A stretch of 64,000 bases of DNA from Eledone cirrhosa (taxonomy: Eukaryota): assembly GCA_964016885.1 (NCBI GenBank), contig OZ024743.1:226672001-226736000 (forward strand). Reading direction: 5' to 3'. Numbering within the stretch: the first letter of the stretch is position 1; each line of letters starts with the position of its first letter. Made by a program: the position numbers and the translations under genes. Positions 56,613-64,000 of the stretch are shown here, piece by piece. The notes below the pieces were generated by a model. It saw only the letters and a program-made list of their open reading frames with translations, did not search any database and was not told the DNA's origin.

Positions 56613-58258
56613 AAGACAGACATATAAACATAAAGACAAACATACACGTACACTCATACACACTCTCACAAGACAAACATAAACATAAAGATAAACATAC
56701 ATAGATGCATATACACGCTCACTAGACAGACATATAAACATAGACAAAGACATACGCATAGACTCATACATACTCTTACAAAGAGCCATATAAACATAAA
56801 GACAAACACAAACTTATGATTTCTCCACGGCCTAGTGACCGAAAGTATTAATAAAATTCAATTCTTATATGAAATGTGAAATGAAACAGAACCACGTTAT
56901 TGCGTGAGGGGGTGTATTTAGTGAGAAGGGGTTTATCGGAGTGTTATATGTTATATCTGTATCTCACCACCCATTCCATCTCAGATTATATATATATTTA
57001 TAAACACTCCTGGTCTGTTTAGTCTTCACAGGAGGTACTGAGAGTTATTTCCCCTGATAATCGATTTTTAAACTTTACTGATGATATATATATATATATA
57101 TATATGTAATTTCTGTGTGTGTGTATTTGTGTGTATGCAGAGATATACATTAATTCTTTTATAGATTTCCACACACAACTTCCCACTTCTACGATTACTT
57201 CTGTATATCTTATCACCTGGCCAAGGTCGACCAATGAAAATCCCATAATTCAAAATGTCCGTTTAGGTTTTCATTGTATAAGAAATTGAGAGTAGGAGGG
57301 GGAGGATTTGGTGGGGGGGGGGGGGATTGAAGAATCGGAATGGAGTGTAAACAAGGCGCAAAGAAGATAGCTTGATAGAAACCTCACTTTCATTTTTTGG
57401 TCATTTAGTCCTGTTAATGATACCAGCTCCGTGATTAACAATATCAAAGATACATTGCTTCATGTACATATATTGTTTTTATCACATTTTCGTGGTCTGT
57501 TCTAATGACGGATTTGCTCTGCTTTAGCGCATTCACACCATTAACTGTATAATTCCCGAGTAATATTTTAAACTAATTTAAACTAAGTTTTAGCATTATT
57601 GATAACGCTGAAAGTAGACCAGCATTGCGGAAATATCCATTATACTGCCGATCATGTCATCCCGGCTCGTCATTTCTGTTTTCCTTCATTCGTTTATTCT
57701 GCTTCTTGTCACTACATCTTTACGCTCACTCTCTCCATCTCTCCATACTTCTCTTTCTTCTCTCTCTCCTTCCCCCCCCCCTACTCTCTCTCTTTATATA
57801 TACATACAGATATTGAAACATATATATATATATATATATATACACATACAGATATTGAAACATATATATATATATGTATGTATACGCAAACACGCTCACA
57901 TACACATACACAGAGACAAAATACTCACTGATACACACACATGCGCCTGCAAAACACACACACACACACACATACACACACACACAGACGTAGAGCTATT
58001 TGAGAGACAGTTATGGAGTGAATATTTTATGACTTCTCACTATGCAGCTATTCATTTACGTTTCGCTTTGTTTTAGTATTATTTTTGTGTCGTACTAATT
58101 GGTGTTTTACATTTTGCTTGAATCCATCCAATGACACATACACACACACACACACATACACACACACACACACGCACTCACACACACAAACATATATATA
58201 TATGTATATACAGAATATATGTATATATATGTAAAGATATATATACGCATGTACATGT

Positions 58259-58289
<31 letters not shown>

Positions 58290-58346
58290 CATATATACAT
58301 ACATATATATATATATATACATACATATATATAGGTATACATACAT

Positions 58347-58395
<49 letters not shown>

Positions 58396-58400
58396 TACGT

Positions 58401-58439
<39 letters not shown>

Positions 58440-58448
58440 AATATATGA

Positions 58449-58539
<91 letters not shown>

Positions 58540-58694
58540 TATATGTATATATACATATATATATATATACATATAAATATATGAATACATATATATACAT
58601 ATATAAATATATATATATACATACATACATATATATTTATATATACATATATATATATATATATATAAATATATATATATACATATATATATAT

Positions 58695-58828
<134 letters not shown>

Positions 58829-59538
58829 CTGTGTGGATGTATTTGGATTAGTGTGTATGTGTATAACAAATGACAATCCGTGATCAAAGCTACAAATTGA
58901 TTTAACTGGAAATGAATTTTCTGACAATTGCATCGCAAATCTCATCTGCCCCACATTAGCAAATTACCGAACGTTACAGGCGAATAAGCTGCCAACGGAT
59001 GTCCTCATATTTTCTGTTGCTTCTGTTTGTTGATTGAACGAATATACTAGCACAACAAAACCAGAAACTTAATTGAATAAAAACAACAAACAACATACAA
59101 AAAGAACTAAAGAGCAACAGGATAAAACATAACAAAACTAAACATAACACCAATATGAAACAAATATTCTATAAACAAAAAAACTTAAAACGTATAACGA
59201 AAGTAACATGGGTAAAGGAATGATTTAGAGTAAATGAATTGGTTTATTTTCTACCTGATGTTGACAATAATGGTGATGATGGTGGTGATGATTATGATGG
59301 TGACGGTGGTAGTGTTGGTGTTGGGAATGAGGCGGATGACAATGGTGATGATGATGATGATCATCATCATCATGAAGACGACCAGGGTGGTGACGACGAC
59401 GACGACGTTATCTGTTATCGGAATGGCTGCCTGTAGTAATAATAGAGTAAAACATGAGATTTAATCTCTGAAACTATAGGTGTCTAGAGTCAGGTGCCAC
59501 AGGACTACCACCTACCTGTACACACACGTACACACACA

Positions 59539-59598
<60 letters not shown>

Positions 59599-59692
59599 GC
59601 TTTATGTCCCTTTCTCTCTCTCTCTCTCTGTCTTTCTGTCTCTCTCTTTGTCCTTGTCTCTCTCTTTCTATCCATCTCTCTCTCTGTATACT

Positions 59693-59741
<49 letters not shown>

Positions 59742-60500
59742 TGTATCTATGTATATATGTAGATATTAGATATATGTATGTGTATATATCTGTTTGTGTG
59801 TGTGTGCGCATATTCGTACAGTAAAAAATACAAATATCTATGTGTATATATATATATTCTTATATCTATAGATGCATACAGGTACACGTAGAGAGAAATA
59901 TATAAACACTAACACACTATACTGAAAGACATACTAATATATGCAAATAGATAAAATATATTTCAATTTATTTGCACAGATGTACATTGAGATGATGAGC
60001 GCGTGAGAGCGGACCTGAGCCTGCGCCTGCGCACGTTTCTTTGTGTGAGGTTGTAGATATACGTGTTTCACTTTCGGTCTTTAACTTTGATGCTTTCTAA
60101 ATAGATGTGAGGTGTTATTCACTGTGTATTGATGTTGAAGAAGTGGTGACTGATGCGATTTAGTTATTTTCGCACGCAATGCAATGTAATGTGTCAGCGC
60201 TATATCCAGTGAGTCACATGACCTTACATGACTACAGGGTATCTATCAAGAAATGATCAGCTCTGTTGACTGCAATGGTTCAGGTGATCTACCACATTTT
60301 AGATTATCTCTTTAGTTTGTTTTCTAGTTTTCATCATATCATTTTATATTATTTTCTTCGCTGATTTATTTTCCAAAGAACATTAGTCGAATAGGTGTAA
60401 CAGCTCTAGCTTGATGGAGTATATCGCCAGATGAGATCTTATCTCAGCATTAATGCCATTGTTTCTGTAGTAGTAGTAGCAGTAGAAGCAGCAGCAGGAA

Positions 60501-60568
<68 letters not shown>

Positions 60569-61365
60569 ATGGTGGTGGTGGTGGTAGCAGTATCAGTAGT
60601 TATTTTTGTTGTTGTTGAAGTGGCAATTACACTAGCCTGCGACAATGTAAAAATGATGGAGAACCATTATGGCAAGACGAAAATTGGTCTCATATATATA
60701 TATATATGTGTGTGTAAGTACAGTTTTGCATTCTAAATAAGGTGAGGAGAAATACATGGATCTCCCTCCGGTATGTTGAAATGAAGACAAACAACTAAGG
60801 GAGAAAACTCATTCAAGCCTTGTTGATCTAAATTCATTTCAACATTATTTAATAGCAACTTGTTGAAGCCGAGGGAAATATTTCCAGTTTGTTACGTTTT
60901 CTCGTCGACGCAAATTAACTTAGAAAGTTGGATTAAGAAGAAATATTTAGAAAATATTAAAAATAACACACAACTATGCATCATCCTTTATCGGTAGCAC
61001 AAATAGGCACATCTTGCTGAAAAAAGAAACATGATCATATATAGCTACGTTTCTTTTCCAACGACAGCAGGCTATCTCATCATAAATAGATAAAATATTA
61101 TAGTGAATTTTCTCGTAGTTGGGTATTTTTGTGTGTTTTCTCAATCTGCAAGAATGAATGTCTAAAAGTAGGGAGAAGTTATACCTAGAGAAATAAACAT
61201 GTACTGGCTTTGAACGCTGAATTATGTGATTGCAAAGCGAACGTTCTAACTACTTGATCGTGTGTGCTCCAATCAGGGGTCCCGGCTCTCAAGGTAATAA
61301 AGAAGGGAACCACTTTGTGAATAAACATTTCCTCAATAAAACTTTTCTAAATTCTACCATATAAT

Positions 61366-61417
61366 TGTTTCTACTTTAGGCACAAGGCCAGCAATTACCC
61401 AGTGCATTACTGGTACT
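61366..61417 (-). mobile_element. Severely 5'-truncated SINE family A with perfect 16-bp target duplication
   Basis: aattctaccatataat at 61350-61365 and 61418-61433. Confidence 0.9.
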
Positions 61418-61697
61418 AATTCTACCATATAATATTATCTGTTTACAATTAGATTAACTGCTATTATGCGAAACACTTGGTATCCATATACAGATATGTA
61501 CTCCCACTTCTTATTTTAGCTAGTTGTAGATATCCACGGTGTCAATTTACCAGGTTTACCAGGGTTTGTGACTGTTCGTGAAAAAATCCAATTCCTTGGT
61601 AGTGGATATCAGGTTGTGTGTGTGTGTTGTGAATGACAGCACGAACTATTTAGAAAATAAATCATTAACCCCATGCTGATTACCAGCTGAGACTCAC

Positions 61698-61737
61698 TTG
61701 CTTCTTCCTGTGAAAGTTCCATAAACATTGTCATGCC
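61698..61737 (-). other. Candidate 40-nt internal exon
   Basis: Pyrimidine-rich tract + cag acceptor and AA|gtgagt donor; two frames open (GMTMFMELSQEEA or HDNVYGTFTGRS). Confidence 0.3.
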
Positions 61738-61930
61738 CTGGGCATGAGAAAACACACAGAGAAACGTGCAAACAATGCAATTAATAATTCTGTATTTCAT
61801 ATTCTAATATACATTATATAGATAAAACCTCCCTCTAAGGAAATAATAGTTAAACGCTGATAGACAAGAAGCATGATGCTATATAGTTATCATTATCTTT
61901 ATCATTATTGTTATTATTATTATTATTATT

Positions 61931-63874
61931 TGAAATTTCCTTTGAATTCCGCTCCTTTCCCAAATCATGCTGAGTGTCAACCTGACACCTGACGCAACAT
62001 TTGATAATACACAAACTTTGCAATTAATTGTCATACAAATGATGCCACAAGAGCACAAACAACGGTAAAGTTCCTTGCAAGGATTTAAACTGATAATGTC
62101 CTTCTCAGGGCATGCACAGTTCCAGTCAATATTATCTTCTGTATCTCTTGCAGAGATAGCTTTCCAGGTATCTGGTCGAAATATTCTCAGCTTCATTTTT
62201 TATCATTCCTAGTGCACCGACTATCCCTTAAATTGTACAGGGAATAAGATGCCACATTTTCAGATCTTTATACTTACTGCACTTTCCGACCTCTTTCTAG
62301 GAGATCTTACGATCTGATGTAAAGCACATGTCAAGTAAGAAAAATGTCGTCTCTTCATGATGCTTCAGGTCTGTTGGTCTTCATTGATCTGTCAGTATTC
62401 ATAGGGAAATCCCATAGGTTCTCGCCTCCTATTACTGGATCTAGGTGATGGTTGTAACATTTTCCTTCCATTTTCAGACCATACAACCTGCACATTACCC
62501 ACTGTAAGTATCGCCCTACTCTATCGTGTCTCACTTTATATTCCTGGGGAGCTAATACTTTGCAGCCTGAAGCCAGGTGGTCAATGGTCTCAACATGCTC
62601 ATCAAGTAATCAACATGTTGTGTTAATTCCATTTTTTTATCACATTGGCTTGAAGGTTGCGCATTGAAAGAAACTGATTTGTGTAGCCAAAATAAAGCCC
62701 TCAATCTATACCGTTAGTCAAGATCTCCTCGACCACTGAGGGGTGAGTGTTTGATGTACATCAGGTTCTTTACTACGAAGAACATACTGCCCATGCAGTG
62801 TTCTTTTTTACTCCCATTTAGTCCCATTTAGTGCACAGTCTCTGATGGCTTTCATGTTATGCCAACTCTTTGATATTATTTACGGTTTTAATTGCAGAAT
62901 CGTCATTATTTCGAAAATGTATTCCCAATTCTTCTACAAACTTCCTATTTTCCTTTGTTACTGAATGTTGATATTCTACTTGACAGCTTACGCTGGACCA
63001 TTCTTCTAACTCTGTTTTGTCTAGAAGATAGAAGGGTTCCACCTCTGCTTTTGGGTGATGTATTTTATTACAGGTCAAACGTTTCCTGATTTTGGCGCCC
63101 GTTTTCTTAATTTCATTAACGTTTCAATTTAGGATATTGAAACTGTGAGTCAACTGGGATTGCAAGGGCATTTATGGCAGCTAGATTCTTTCTCGATTAA
63201 GCCCCATTTTTAAGACATCACGTACTCTCCGCTAGCATACCTTCCCGATAGTCTCTTTCGTGCTGGCTTAGTGAATACCTTGGACTTCATTGATCCCTAG
63301 TTATCTGTACGATTGTTCTTCTTCTACTTCCCTAATCACTATATTCACATCTATTGAGTTTCTGATTGTCATTCTGCTTTTCGTGAATGTTGGTTTGGCG
63401 CAGTCTAAACTTCCCAGTCTAAACTCCATCCCTACATCATCGCTGAATACGTTTACTGACTTCAGCTGGCCTTCCAATTCCTTGTTATTTTTAGCATACA
63501 GCTTCAATCATATAAGACAGGTGATTTTGGTTTTGCTCTCTATTTAATCGTGTTGAATTTGAAGGGCTTGGGTTGCGATTATTTCGTTCAACTGACCATT
63601 CAACTCCGTATTTGGAGAAGAGCTCGTTTCAGCTGCAGAATTATCGGCCCCTGGCGGATTATTGAGGGATGCCGTCCCTGTTGACCCGGACAACAACCGA
63701 TCCGGTATGTGTTTTTGTATGTAGTCATTTTTTTGTTGTTGTCGTTTCCTTATGGGCTTTATCCTTCACCGCCAAGGGGTCATTTTGAACACCTCTGGGA
63801 GGATTATCAACCGAGATTAGTGAGCCCGTCCTTCCCATGAGATATATCGACCTCCCACAAGGTGTCAGGGGTTT
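61931..63874 (-). mobile_element. Internally deleted R4/Dong-type (RLE) non-LTR retrotransposon in (TAA)n
   Basis: KLYAKNNKEL..FSDDVGMEF RT segment, WDFPMNTD...RP RLE-proximal motif, many frameshifts; (TAA)n at both ends. Confidence 0.8.
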
Positions 63875-63919
63875 TTATTATTATTAGTGCTCTCTTTTAT
63901 TATTATTAGTGCTATTAGG

Positions 63920-64000
63920 ACGGTGGATTGGTAGTATCGGTAGAGGGTCGGACGCTATCCTTTGCAGCATAGAGTTACATCCCTTTACGGTCTGAGTTCA
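63920..64000 (+). mobile_element. SINE family A, cut by window edge
   Basis: ggtggattggtagtatcggtagagggtcggacg...ctgagttca. Confidence 0.9.

Overview
AT-rich eukaryotic non-genic (intergenic or intronic) DNA, probably from an octopod cephalopod; this rests on my recollection of the abundant tRNA-type SINE and has not been checked by a search. No intact cellular gene is evident, and most listed ORFs are translations of (TA)n/(CA)n/(GA)n microsatellites. The window is a retroelement graveyard: about 13 copies of one SINE, other SINE remnants, a hAT-type MITE, internally deleted Tx1-type and R4/Dong-type LINEs, an RTE remnant and a 28-bp minisatellite. It is dominated by Penelope-like elements (PLEs), including one nearly full-length RT + GIY-YIG ORF and three GIY-YIG 3' fragments. 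The main hidden signal is about 18 type-I hammerhead ribozyme (HHR) motifs, intact or degenerate, from roughly a dozen distinct sequence families. Most sit in head-to-head foldback (inverted-repeat) insertions anchored in (TA)n tracts, with both arms reading outward. One sits in a ~700-bp head-to-tail tandem array resembling a non-LTR retrozyme. Several HHRs have core variants: U3-A8 covariation, G8A, a U.U-closed stem II, a greatly enlarged stem II, and palindromic stem III. All structures were found by eye; none was computed.
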